Program-made: the position numbers and the translations under genes
In this document: piece by piece, positions 47,821 to 57,441 of the stretch
Position numbering within the stretch: position 1 is the first letter of the stretch
Layout of the letters: each line of letters opens with the position of its first letter
Assembly: GCA_964556685.1 (NCBI GenBank)
Contig: CAZKWX010000001.1
Coordinates: forward strand, 95,854-159,853
Length of the DNA stretch: 64,000 nt
From: an uncultured Bdellovibrionales bacterium
Lineage (GTDB): Bacteria > Patescibacteriota > Minisyncoccia > Moranbacterales > DUUL01
Direction: 5' to 3'
The notes under the pieces: generated by a model
The model's input: the letters and a program-made list of their open reading frames with translations, nothing else
Told to the model about the DNA's origin: nothing
Database searches by the model: none

Positions 47821-48345
47821 TCAAATCAATCGCAGCTTTTTAGAAATGATTTTATAATCAGGTATGGCTCTAGCAGTTAATTCCCAAAAAAAATTCGAAT
47901 GATTCATTTCTTTCAAATGACACATTTCATGCACCACCAGGTAGTTAGCCAGCTCATCTTCCAGCCACACAATCCGCCAATTGAAATTCAGATTTCCTTT
48001 CTTACTGCAACTTCCCCAGCGAGTTTTTTGATTGCGGATGGAAATGCGATTTATTCGAAAATTATAATACTGATTAAACCTATTGATCTTATTTTCAATC
48101 AATCTTCGTGCTTTCTCTTTATTATCCAAATAATCTTGCCTGGTTCCTTTTTTGAGTAAACTGTCGCTTTTTCTGGCTTTCATCTTGGCCACATTCTTTT
48201 CAATCCAATTTCGTTTTTGCTGAGTAAACTTCTCTGCTTGCTTTCGATTTGACCACCAGGGATAGGTCACCAAAACTTTTCCGTCTTCTCCAACAGAAAT
48301 TCTGATTCGCTTGTTTCTCTTATTGCGCCTGATTATGATTTGCAT
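47821..48345 (-). CDS. YgjP/DUF45-family zinc metallohydrolase (HExxH)
   Basis: HEMCHL motif and the family-typical C-terminus. The start was moved to the internal MQIIIRR because the ORF-track N-terminus is encoded by a hairpin repeat. Confidence 0.6.
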   Translation of the reverse strand: MQIIIRRNKRNKRIRISVGEDGKVLVTYPWWSNRKQAEKFTQQKRNWIEKNVAKMKARKSDSLLKKGTRQDYLDNKEKARRLIENKINRFNQYYNFRINRISIRNQKTRWGSCSKKGNLNFNWRIVWLEDELANYLVVHEMCHLKEMNHSNFFWELTARAIPDYKIISKKLRLI

Positions 48346-48557
48346 TCCTTCTTTATTTCCCCCTTTAGCAAAGGGGGAAGAAGAATTGAGACGAATCATG
48401 TTACCGAAAGGTAACGTGATGAGTCCAATTCTTCAGGGGGATTTGAATTTATAGTACTGAAAATCCCTCTGAAAAATATGGCTTATTACATTCGCCTATA
48501 TTTTCCTTCTCCCTTTTTCAAAGGAAGAAACACAATTAAATTCATGATTCGTAAAAC

Positions 48558-49307
48558 CTACACATCAAACAACTCACTCAACTCCATCACCTTGATCCCG
48601 CCATTGTTCCTCTTCAAATGCATATAGCACATAGGACAGCTGGTGATCAAGACATCCGCTCCAGTCATTTTGGCTTGCCCAATTCGGTCCTTGGCAATCT
48701 TGTTGGAAAGTTCGGGATCATTGGAACTCACTCCGCCACCACCGCCACAACAAAAACTCTTCTCGCCATGCAAATCCAGCTCGACTAATTGATAGCCTGC
48801 TTTTTTGATAATTTCCCTTGGTTGATCATAGATGCCCAAATGTCTCCCGAGGTGACAAGGATCATGATAGGTAGCGGCAACCTTTTCTCCCCCTGCCCGA
48901 GGGGGAGATTCAGAGGGGGTGGGAGTTTTTAACTTAGTTTTTGCCTTGTCAATTATTTCCGCCACATGTCTTGCTTCGATTCTCCATTCATCTCCAAGAA
49001 TCTTCGGATATTCTTTTTTGAACATCAATGTGCAAGCCGGACAATTGCTGATCACTCTGGTGACATTGTGTTGCCTGAAAATTTTGAAGTTTTCCTTGGC
49101 CAATCGTTCATATTCTTCAATTGCTCCCGCATTTTTCACCGGTGAACCACAACAAAATTCTTTGTCTTTGAGCAACAAAAAATCAACTCCCTCGGCCTCC
49201 AGGATTTTCCGATAACGCTCCAGCATCCCTTCTCCAGCAAATTTTGTCAGACAGCCGGGATAATAGAGCGTGTTTCCGCTTTTAAAAATGTTATCTAAAA
49301 AGCTCAT
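48558..49307 (-). CDS. LutA-like (Fe-S) oxidoreductase with two CCG cysteine-rich domains
   Basis: CCGSPV...NCPAC and HDPCH...CCGGGGG...CPMC motifs. Confidence 0.65.
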   Translation of the reverse strand: MSFLDNIFKSGNTLYYPGCLTKFAGEGMLERYRKILEAEGVDFLLLKDKEFCCGSPVKNAGAIEEYERLAKENFKIFRQHNVTRVISNCPACTLMFKKEYPKILGDEWRIEARHVAEIIDKAKTKLKTPTPSESPPRAGGEKVAATYHDPCHLGRHLGIYDQPREIIKKAGYQLVELDLHGEKSFCCGGGGGVSSNDPELSNKIAKDRIGQAKMTGADVLITSCPMCYMHLKRNNGGIKVMELSELFDV

Positions 49308-49394
49308 TGTGCTTCTAGTATAGTACCCGAAATCTCATTTAACAAGTTTCAATAAAAAAGTTACAATTAAAACAAGTAGTAGTGTTGCGAGACA

Positions 49395-50918
49395 ATGCAG
49401 AAACTCAACCAATATAAAATCTATCTATTTTATCTCTTCCTTTTCCTCATTCCGTTCAATTTGCGGATAATTTTTAATTTCGATCGAATCAACAATCTCG
49501 AAGGTTTTCGCGAACACATCACACACTCTTTCTACGCATTCGATTTGATTTTTATTCTGTTATTGCTAGTTGTTCTGCTTGATTGGCTGCAGAATAAACG
49601 ACCAAAGACTTCAACATCAAAAAAGATTTTCACTAACCCCCTTTTCTATTTCGTTATAACGACCGTTATAACGTCGGTTTTGGCCCTCAACCAGACAGTG
49701 GCTTTCCAACAAACTTTGAGGATCGCACAAGCAGTCGTTTTCTTTTTGATAGCTAATAGCATTCTTTCAAGTTCCCCCTCTTGGGGCAAAAGTGGAGAAT
49801 TGCGAATGAGTAATTCTCGGGGAGTTAAGAAACCCGGATGGGATTCAAAACCATTTTATATTTCAATCTTAATAATTTTTCTTAGTGGAACTCTCCAATC
49901 ACTTATTGCTCTTTGCCAGTTCATTTTTCAAAAATCAGTCGGACTGAAAATTCTGGGGGAAAGCGTCATTGCACCAGAAATTTTGGGCGTGGCTAAATTT
50001 GAAATCCTGGGAGAAAAACTGATCCGCGCTTATGGCACTTTTCCTCATCCCAATCTTTTAGCTGCGTTTTTGTTACTGTCGTTGGCCTGTGGAGCTTTCT
50101 TGTTGATTTATAAAAAATCTTCTCCCTTTTACAAGAAAAAATATAAATATGTCAGCGATCTGCTTTCCAAAAATTATTTCTATACAATTGGAACTGTAAT
50201 GATTTTATTCGGTGTCTGCCTGACCTATTCTCGCAGTGTAATCTTGGCTACTGTCGTTTTTATTATTTTATTGTGGATTGGACATCGCAAAAAAGTAGGC
50301 GATGTCTATCGAGGCTGGTGCAAACAACTGCGTATTCATTCTATTTTCCAAACAGCCTTAGCAGTGTTGGCAATTTTTGCAGTTACTTTTTTACTTTATA
50401 ATATTTTTGCTCCCCGTCTTTGTTTTTCTAATTGTTTTAATGACAATTCCATTGAACTGCGAGGAAGATATAGCGCTGCCGCAGCAGAAATTATTGTTCA
50501 AAATCCACTCACCGGAGTGGGACCAGGAAATTTTGTCATTGCCCTAGCTGATTCTTCTGTCGGTGCAACGCTTCAACCTTGGGAATTTCAGCCAGTTCAT
50601 AATTTGTATCTGCTCATTGCTTCAGAAATCGGTCTCGTCGGCCTGGTATTTCTCCTAATCTTTGTTTCCACTCTCATATATGCATATATGAGAGTAAAGT
50701 TGGGGCGCACTTTGAATCTGCAATCATTGGTTGGAAATCCTTTTTTTATTTTACTTTTGGCTTTCCTTTTTCTGGGATTAATTGATCATTATTTCTGGAC
50801 TCTTCCTCAAGGACTACTCATCTTTTGGCTTAGCCTTGCGTTTTTTGATATGTCCAGTAAGATAAAAGTTGAACCCAAACAGAGGAGGTCACATGCCCTA
50901 CGTACCGAAATATACTAG
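49395..50918 (+). CDS. O-antigen ligase/polymerase-like integral membrane protein
   Basis: About 12 TM helices with a periplasmic-loop YSRSVILAT motif typical of the Wzy_C/O-antigen ligase family. Confidence 0.5.
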   Translation: MQKLNQYKIYLFYLFLFLIPFNLRIIFNFDRINNLEGFREHITHSFYAFDLIFILLLLVVLLDWLQNKRPKTSTSKKIFTNPLFYFVITTVITSVLALNQTVAFQQTLRIAQAVVFFLIANSILSSSPSWGKSGELRMSNSRGVKKPGWDSKPFYISILIIFLSGTLQSLIALCQFIFQKSVGLKILGESVIAPEILGVAKFEILGEKLIRAYGTFPHPNLLAAFLLLSLACGAFLLIYKKSSPFYKKKYKYVSDLLSKNYFYTIGTVMILFGVCLTYSRSVILATVVFIILLWIGHRKKVGDVYRGWCKQLRIHSIFQTALAVLAIFAVTFLLYNIFAPRLCFSNCFNDNSIELRGRYSAAAAEIIVQNPLTGVGPGNFVIALADSSVGATLQPWEFQPVHNLYLLIASEIGLVGLVFLLIFVSTLIYAYMRVKLGRTLNLQSLVGNPFFILLLAFLFLGLIDHYFWTLPQGLLIFWLSLAFFDMSSKIKVEPKQRRSHALRTEIY

Positions 50919-51186
50919 CAACAGAAGAAAAAGGAGTATTCGAGAACATGCGTTATTGAATCATGTCTGGGGCGCAATAGAGGAGATCATACTACTGCTT
51001 CGCGATATAGATTCACGTTTAGTTGCCGAGATGTTAGAGGCTCACGCCCTAGAGGCCTTACACGAAGAACTTGGGCAGTGGAAGAAGCTGGACGAGGATC
51101 TAAAAAAAAGAATTATAAAAAGTGCTGAGGAAAAAATTATCAAGGGTCTTAAGAAAACAAGAGGAGAAAAAGAAAGTAAACCATGA
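50893..51186 (+). CDS. small hypothetical protein
   Basis: A GAGGAGGT SD lies 5 nt upstream of the internal ATG (MPYVPKY...). Confidence 0.4.
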   Translation: MPYVPKYTSNRRKRSIREHALLNHVWGAIEEIILLLRDIDSRLVAEMLEAHALEALHEELGQWKKLDEDLKKRIIKSAEEKIIKGLKKTRGEKESKP

Positions 51187-51219
51187 CTCAGAGGCAAACA
51201 CTTCTGGGTCAAAAAATAT

Positions 51220-53952
51220 ATGAAGAAAGAACTACCAAAAGCATACGAGCCCAAGAAATATGAGGATGAGATTTATGAGAAATGGGAAAAGTCAGGAATG
51301 TTTAACCCTGACAGTTTAGACGTGGATGAAAAGGCCGAAAGCTATTCAATTGTCATGCCCCCACCCAATGTGACTGGCACGCTTCACTTGGGTCACGCTG
51401 AAATGCTGGTTGTGGAAGATATTCTGATTCGTTATCACCGCATGCTGGGTCATCGAACTTTGTGGACCCCGGGAACAGATCACGCTGCTATTGCCACCCA
51501 AACAAAAGTGGAAAAAATTCTCAAAGAAGAAGGCACTGATCGACACAAACTGGGAAGAAAAAAATTTCTGGATAGAGTAGAGAAATATGCTGAGGAATCG
51601 CACGATACCATCGTGGGGCAAGTGAAAAAAATGGGTTCTAGTTGTGATTGGTCGCGTGAGGCCTACACTTTGGATGAAACACGCCATAAAGCGGTCTATT
51701 CTGTTTTCAAGATGATGTATGACGATGGTTTGATCTATCGTGGTGAACGAATTGTTAATTGGTGCCCTCGCTGCCATTCAACCTTGGCTGATGATGAAGT
51801 AGAATACATCGAAGAAAATGGAAAGCTTTATTGGATCAAGTATGGACCATTCACTTTGGCCACTGCCCGACCAGAAACCAAGTTGGGCGATACGGCTGTG
51901 GCTGTTCATCCTGACGATGAGAGATATAAGGATATGGTGGAAAAGGAATACGACATTCCTGGAGTGCTGGGAGAATTTAAAATTAAAGTCGTGGCTGACA
52001 AATCAGTTGATCCTGAATTTGGATCCGGCGCTATTAAAGTAACCCCTGCTCACAGTTTGGTTGATAATGAAATCGCCCAGAGACATGATCTGCCATCCAA
52101 AAAAATTATCGATGAAGATGGAAAGATGATGGAAAATTGTGAAAAATATGCTGGTCTAACTACCAAAGAAGCACGTAAAAAAATTGTGGCTGACATGAAG
52201 AAGATGGGCTTGATTGATCACATAGACGAAAATTATTCCCACAATATCGCTGTTTGCTATCGCTGCGACACGCCGATTGAGCCGCTTCCTTCTGAACAAT
52301 GGTTTATTGATGTGAATAAGCCGCTACCCAAAAAGAAGCTAAGTTTCCTTGGAAACTTAGCTTCTAAAGACTCAAAAACTATCAAAGAAATTTGTTTGGA
52401 AGTTGTTCGAGAAGGAAAAATTAAAATTATTCCAGAAAGGTTTGAAAAACAATATTTCCATTGGATGGAAAATCTGCGTGATTGGTGCATCTCACGCCAG
52501 ATTTGGTATGGACATCAAATTCCTGTTTGGTACAAAAATGACGAAGCTTATGTTGGCGTTAAAGCGCCAAGAGAAGACGGTTGGACTCAAGATCCGGACA
52601 CGCTTGACACTTGGTTTTCTTCCGGGCTTTGGACTTTCTCAACTCTAGCCAACAAGCTCGATCAAATTAGAATTGAGGACGGGAAACTGGTCATTGATAG
52701 TAAGGACTATAGTCAGTACCACCCAACTGATGTGCTTGAAACAGGTTATGATATTCTTTTCTTCTGGGTAGCTCGTATGATCATCATGACCACCTATGCT
52801 GTGGGTGATCTTCCTTTCAAAGATGTTTACCTTCATGGCTTGGTGCTTGACGAACATGGAAAGAAAATGAGCAAATCGAAGGGCAACGTCATCAATCCAC
52901 TGGACATGTGTGAAAAGTATGGCACCGATGCCACTCGCCTATCATTGGTCGTTGGTGCGGCACCTGGAAAAGATTTTCGATTGTCTGAAGAAAAAATTGC
53001 TGGCTTTCGAAATTTTTCTAATAAATTATGGAATATATCTCGATATATTCTTGAAAATGGTAGAAAAAATGCCGAGGTTTCACCGCGAGTACTCGCGGTG
53101 AAACCTCAAGTAAAGTTTCAGAAATTATCAGATAAATTGACTTTGGCTGATCGATGGATTCTAAAAAGAATTCACGAGTTAATTCATGAATTAAATATAG
53201 ATTTAAATAAGTATCAATTTTCTGCTGCTGGTGAAAAGTTGCGTGATTTTACTTGGAACGACTTGGCTGATTGGTATCTGGAAGTGAGTAAATTTGAGGA
53301 AAACAAGGAAACCAAAGCAGCGATCTTGAATATGATTCTAAAAGATTTGCTCAAACTTTGGCATCCTTTCATTCCATTTGTCACTGAGAAGATTTGGGAG
53401 GAAATGGGAGAGGAAAAAATGTTGCTAGTCTCTAATTGGCCGAAATATAGTGAACGCAGATCTGCGTTCACTACAAATGATACAACTGATTTCAAGACTG
53501 TTCAAAAAATCATCATTGTAATTCGCAACGCTCGGGCTCAATATCATATAGAACCAAAACAAAAAATTGATGTGGTGATCTATACTGGAAAAAATGTAGA
53601 GCTCATCAAATCTCAGGAAAATATCATCAGAAATCTTCGAACTGGAATTGAAAACCTCAAGATTGAAGAAAAAGGAGAAAAGCTACCCAAATCTTTTTCC
53701 GATTCTGTTAATGGAATTGAAATTCACATTCCGCTTAAGGATGTCATTGATATTGACAAAGAAAAAGCCCGTTTAGAAAAAGAAATCCAAGCCGCAGAAA
53801 AATATTCTGCTAGCCTGGAAAAAAAATTTAAAAACAAATCTTTTGTCGACAAGGCACCAAAAAAAATTGTTGATCAGGAAAAAGAAAAATTGGCTGAGAA
53901 AAATGACCAAATAGAAAAACTAAAATCATATCTTGATGGACTCTCAACCTAG
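51220..53952 (+). CDS. valS: valine--tRNA ligase
   Basis: PPPNVTGTLHLGHA, KMSKSKGN and a C-terminal coiled coil. 910 aa. Confidence 0.92.
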   Translation: MKKELPKAYEPKKYEDEIYEKWEKSGMFNPDSLDVDEKAESYSIVMPPPNVTGTLHLGHAEMLVVEDILIRYHRMLGHRTLWTPGTDHAAIATQTKVEKILKEEGTDRHKLGRKKFLDRVEKYAEESHDTIVGQVKKMGSSCDWSREAYTLDETRHKAVYSVFKMMYDDGLIYRGERIVNWCPRCHSTLADDEVEYIEENGKLYWIKYGPFTLATARPETKLGDTAVAVHPDDERYKDMVEKEYDIPGVLGEFKIKVVADKSVDPEFGSGAIKVTPAHSLVDNEIAQRHDLPSKKIIDEDGKMMENCEKYAGLTTKEARKKIVADMKKMGLIDHIDENYSHNIAVCYRCDTPIEPLPSEQWFIDVNKPLPKKKLSFLGNLASKDSKTIKEICLEVVREGKIKIIPERFEKQYFHWMENLRDWCISRQIWYGHQIPVWYKNDEAYVGVKAPREDGWTQDPDTLDTWFSSGLWTFSTLANKLDQIRIEDGKLVIDSKDYSQYHPTDVLETGYDILFFWVARMIIMTTYAVGDLPFKDVYLHGLVLDEHGKKMSKSKGNVINPLDMCEKYGTDATRLSLVVGAAPGKDFRLSEEKIAGFRNFSNKLWNISRYILENGRKNAEVSPRVLAVKPQVKFQKLSDKLTLADRWILKRIHELIHELNIDLNKYQFSAAGEKLRDFTWNDLADWYLEVSKFEENKETKAAILNMILKDLLKLWHPFIPFVTEKIWEEMGEEKMLLVSNWPKYSERRSAFTTNDTTDFKTVQKIIIVIRNARAQYHIEPKQKIDVVIYTGKNVELIKSQENIIRNLRTGIENLKIEEKGEKLPKSFSDSVNGIEIHIPLKDVIDIDKEKARLEKEIQAAEKYSASLEKKFKNKSFVDKAPKKIVDQEKEKLAEKNDQIEKLKSYLDGLST

Positions 53953-54418
53953 TCTTTTGAAATCTTCAGCGTTATTTTTTGTCGGGGGAACCATCGCGGC
54001 TGTTTTGACTCTGGCCATTTCGGCTGTTTTTTATTCTCCACAGCAGTCAGAAACATTCATTTCGATTTTGGGACTAGTTTTGATTGAAGAGATTTTGAAA
54101 CTGATCATCTTGTGGTTTTTGATAGATTGGAGTAACATCGAGCAAGACCCGCGCTGGCAAAATTTTTTCATTTTGCCAGTTTTGTTTGGAGTTGGTTTTG
54201 GACTATTCGAAGTGTTTCTTATTTCCCTCAACCACAACCCCATCGTTCTCGCTGCTCTTGCCCCCTTCGTGATTCATGTTATCACTAGTATTTTACTCAT
54301 GATTGGTTTATTTTTTTTCAAGAAAACCGAATCTTTTGTTGTTCCTTCGCTTCTTTTTGTTCTGGCAATCACCATTCACGTTTTCTATAATCTGGTGATT
54401 ATTTCAGTCACAAGATGA
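53933..54418 (+). CDS. integral membrane protein, possibly PrsW/CPBP-like intramembrane protease
   Basis: EEILK and FEVF motifs inside TM helices. Confidence 0.35.
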   Translation: MMDSQPSLLKSSALFFVGGTIAAVLTLAISAVFYSPQQSETFISILGLVLIEEILKLIILWFLIDWSNIEQDPRWQNFFILPVLFGVGFGLFEVFLISLNHNPIVLAALAPFVIHVITSILLMIGLFFFKKTESFVVPSLLFVLAITIHVFYNLVIISVTR

Positions 54419-54497
54419 TTCCCCTTGTCAGGAAGTCTATTGGTTGTTATAATTCAATCGAAATTTTTTATAGTAAATTTTAATTCACATAACCCCC

Positions 54498-55088
54498 ATG
54501 GCTAAAGAAAAAAAATCATTCTTTGAAAAACTCACCGGCATTAAGAAGGTTGAGGAGGGTGAGCCGGAAGAATTTGTGGGAGATCAGCCGCTTGAACAAT
54601 CAGCTGAAGATAATTACTTTGCTCAAATGGAAACACAAAATCAAGATTATGAAATTCCCGGGGCATCTCAGCAACAATCAGCCGCTCCAGCGGAAGGTTA
54701 TCAGGCACCAGTGCAACCAGCAGAGCAAGCTGTTTCGATGGATCAACAGATTGAAGCAGAAGGCCAGCTCACCATTGATGTCTACCAAAGCGATGATGAT
54801 GTAGTTATTAAATCAACCATTGCCGGGGTCAAGCCCGAAGATTTGGATGTGAACATCAACAATGACATGGTAACCATTCGCGGTGAAAGAAAACAAGAAG
54901 AAGAGATTGATCCAGAAAATTATTACTATCAAGAATGTTATTGGGGTCCATTTTCACGCAGTGTCATTCTGCCAGTCGAAATTATTGCTGATAAAGCTGA
55001 AGCAACAATGAAAAATGGGATTTTGACTTTGCGACTTCCCAAGGCTGACACTACTAAGACTCGAAAGATTCAAGTTAGAGGGTATTAG
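54498..55088 (+). CDS. Hsp20/alpha-crystallin family small heat shock protein
   Basis: ACD core (QLTIDVYQSDDDVVIKSTIAGVKPEDLDVNINNDMVTIRGER...GILTLRLPK). Confidence 0.8.
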   Translation: MAKEKKSFFEKLTGIKKVEEGEPEEFVGDQPLEQSAEDNYFAQMETQNQDYEIPGASQQQSAAPAEGYQAPVQPAEQAVSMDQQIEAEGQLTIDVYQSDDDVVIKSTIAGVKPEDLDVNINNDMVTIRGERKQEEEIDPENYYYQECYWGPFSRSVILPVEIIADKAEATMKNGILTLRLPKADTTKTRKIQVRGY

Positions 55089-55152
55089 TGAATTGATGAT
55101 TTTAGATTTCAGATTTATAATTGAGTCTTAGGATTATTAGACTTTTGAAATA

Positions 55153-55734
55153 ATGACAAAAGTCGACATAACTTGTAATATAATTCAATTATTACTAAAT
55201 CATTTAATCAAAAATATTATGAATATTGAAAAAGCATCCAATTTAATGGAAAAAGTAGAAGAAAATTCCCAAGCTCTTCAGAGAGCAAAGAAATTGAAAA
55301 GGCAGTTGGAGTTAGACTTTAAATCTGAAGATGAAATTAGTGAAAGTGAAGCTGCGCAAAGAAGAGCAGAAATTGAAGGAATGGAATTAATTGCTTTGGC
55401 CGGGATTGATAATTTAAGGATAAAAATGGCAGAGGTTGAAAAAGAAGTGAAAAAACTAGAAGACAAAGAAATGTATGAGAGTGATGAGTATTATAAAACG
55501 ACAGCAAGATTTTCAGGATATCAAAAAGCTGAAGAATATTATAAAAAAAATTATCTAACCAAAGAAGGACAAGTGAGAGAGCAGTTTCCCGATATTGAAG
55601 ACTTAAGAAAAAATGTAGAAGATCTAAAGAAGATGATAGATCGTGAAGACATAGATGGGAATACAGAAGAAACATACAATCTTCGAAAAGAAGTGTTGGA
55701 AAAATGGCAAGCGGAGGAATTAAAATCGGAATAA
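55153..55734 (+). CDS. coiled-coil hypothetical protein
   Basis: Charged heptad-rich ORF. The start may be at the internal Met at 55219. Confidence 0.35.
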   Translation: MTKVDITCNIIQLLLNHLIKNIMNIEKASNLMEKVEENSQALQRAKKLKRQLELDFKSEDEISESEAAQRRAEIEGMELIALAGIDNLRIKMAEVEKEVKKLEDKEMYESDEYYKTTARFSGYQKAEEYYKKNYLTKEGQVREQFPDIEDLRKNVEDLKKMIDREDIDGNTEETYNLRKEVLEKWQAEELKSE

Positions 55735-56077
55735 ATACTTCGGATACACGTGAATGTTGAGATTCTGAAACAAAAAAGCTGTGAAGTAGTTTTCTAAAGT
55801 CTTTTATATTTTTTAGAGATCTTCCAATTTTTTGGAAGGTTTTTTGATGTCCAATCATAAATCTAAAATCATAAATCTAAAATTTGAAACCTCCTTGCCC
55901 TTTTAGATGTAAAAATATATGCTTGGGGTGTATAGTTATTAGGGAAATAGGCTTACAGCAGTAGGTCTGGTTGTTGGGTATAAGTTATAAGTCAGTCAAT
56001 ATAAACATAGGACCTATGTCCTACAACCAAACATACTGCTTACACCTTATGTTCCCTACTACTACCAATAAAAAAAC

Positions 56078-57376
56078 ATGAAATTGATAACAGTAAAAAT
56101 TATTTTTGCGCTATTATTTGGGACAATATTACCAACCGGTTTTGCTTTCGCTCAACAAGAAGAAATCGGTTTTTTTTTCAATGACGATTTGCAGGACGCC
56201 CTACACAAAGATTATTTTCTAGTCGTTGACAACAAAAAAATTCCTTTTCACATGAGCCAGTATGCAATCTGGAACACTGTTTTGGTTCGACAAAAGGGAT
56301 ATCAATCAGAGATTGAAAACATTTATTATTGCAACGAAAAAATCCAAAATTTGTCTTTGTGCGACCTGACCAGCGCCTCTTCAGGAAAAGATCAAATCAA
56401 AAAGGGTGCTATGCTTTTCATTCATGAAGATAAAATTAATAAATATTTGACAACTATTGCCAAAGACATTGAAGCTGAACCTCAGAATGGCCGATTGAGA
56501 ATGACTAGTGAAGGAAAATTACAGATCGTTCAAAAAAGCAAAGATGGCTATTACTTGAATGAAGAAGGGTCTCTGGGTCAAATTTTAAATGCTTTCAAAA
56601 CCAATCCTTCAGAAAAAAACATTCCCCTGATCACCCATTTCGTTGAACCTGAAATTTCTACTGATAATATCCAGGCTCTGGGCATCAAAGAAAAAATTGG
56701 CGAGGGTCAATCAAATTTTCGTGGCTCTCCCAACAACCGAATTTTCAACATCAAATTAGCCACTTCAAAATTTGATGGCGTTTTGATTAAACCGGGTGAA
56801 GAATTTTCTTTTGTAAAAACTTTAGGACCAGTAGATGAAAAAAGTGGCTATAAGGAAGAGTTGGTCATCAAAAAAAATGAAACTATTCCAGAATTTGGTG
56901 GCGGAGTTTGCCAAGTGTCAACCACCATGTTTCGAGCGGCTCTCAATTCAGGCTTTGAAATTGTTGAACGACGCAATCATGCCTATCCGGTGCAATATTA
57001 TTCTCCTCAAGGAACCGATGCAACAGTCTACATTCCCAGGCCCGACCTGCGTTATCTGAACAACACCTCAGCTTATATATTAATTCAATCTTCAATCATT
57101 GGAACTATATTGAAATTTGAAATTTATGGCACTTCCGATGGCCGCCAAGTGGAGCTGGATGGTCCTCGTGTGACGGAACGAACAGAAGATGGTAAAATGA
57201 GAACAATCTTGTATCAAATAGTCAAAGACGAAAGTGGAAACGAAATCAGAAAGGCTACTTTCAAGAGTTTTTATGACAATCCAGACAACTATCACCATGA
57301 ACCACTCCTGACCGAAAAACCAAAAGATTGGTCAAAGAGTGAATGGAAAGATTACAAAAGGAAACACGGCCTGTAA
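56078..57376 (+). CDS. VanW-domain protein
   Basis: GGGVCQVSTTMFRAALNSG signature. Confidence 0.8.
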   Translation: MKLITVKIIFALLFGTILPTGFAFAQQEEIGFFFNDDLQDALHKDYFLVVDNKKIPFHMSQYAIWNTVLVRQKGYQSEIENIYYCNEKIQNLSLCDLTSASSGKDQIKKGAMLFIHEDKINKYLTTIAKDIEAEPQNGRLRMTSEGKLQIVQKSKDGYYLNEEGSLGQILNAFKTNPSEKNIPLITHFVEPEISTDNIQALGIKEKIGEGQSNFRGSPNNRIFNIKLATSKFDGVLIKPGEEFSFVKTLGPVDEKSGYKEELVIKKNETIPEFGGGVCQVSTTMFRAALNSGFEIVERRNHAYPVQYYSPQGTDATVYIPRPDLRYLNNTSAYILIQSSIIGTILKFEIYGTSDGRQVELDGPRVTERTEDGKMRTILYQIVKDESGNEIRKATFKSFYDNPDNYHHEPLLTEKPKDWSKSEWKDYKRKHGL

Positions 57377-57441
57377 AGTAGGTTTTAGGGAAATATGGTT
57401 CTGGCAGTAGGTAAAGCTATAGGGATTAGGTTTTATGTTAC

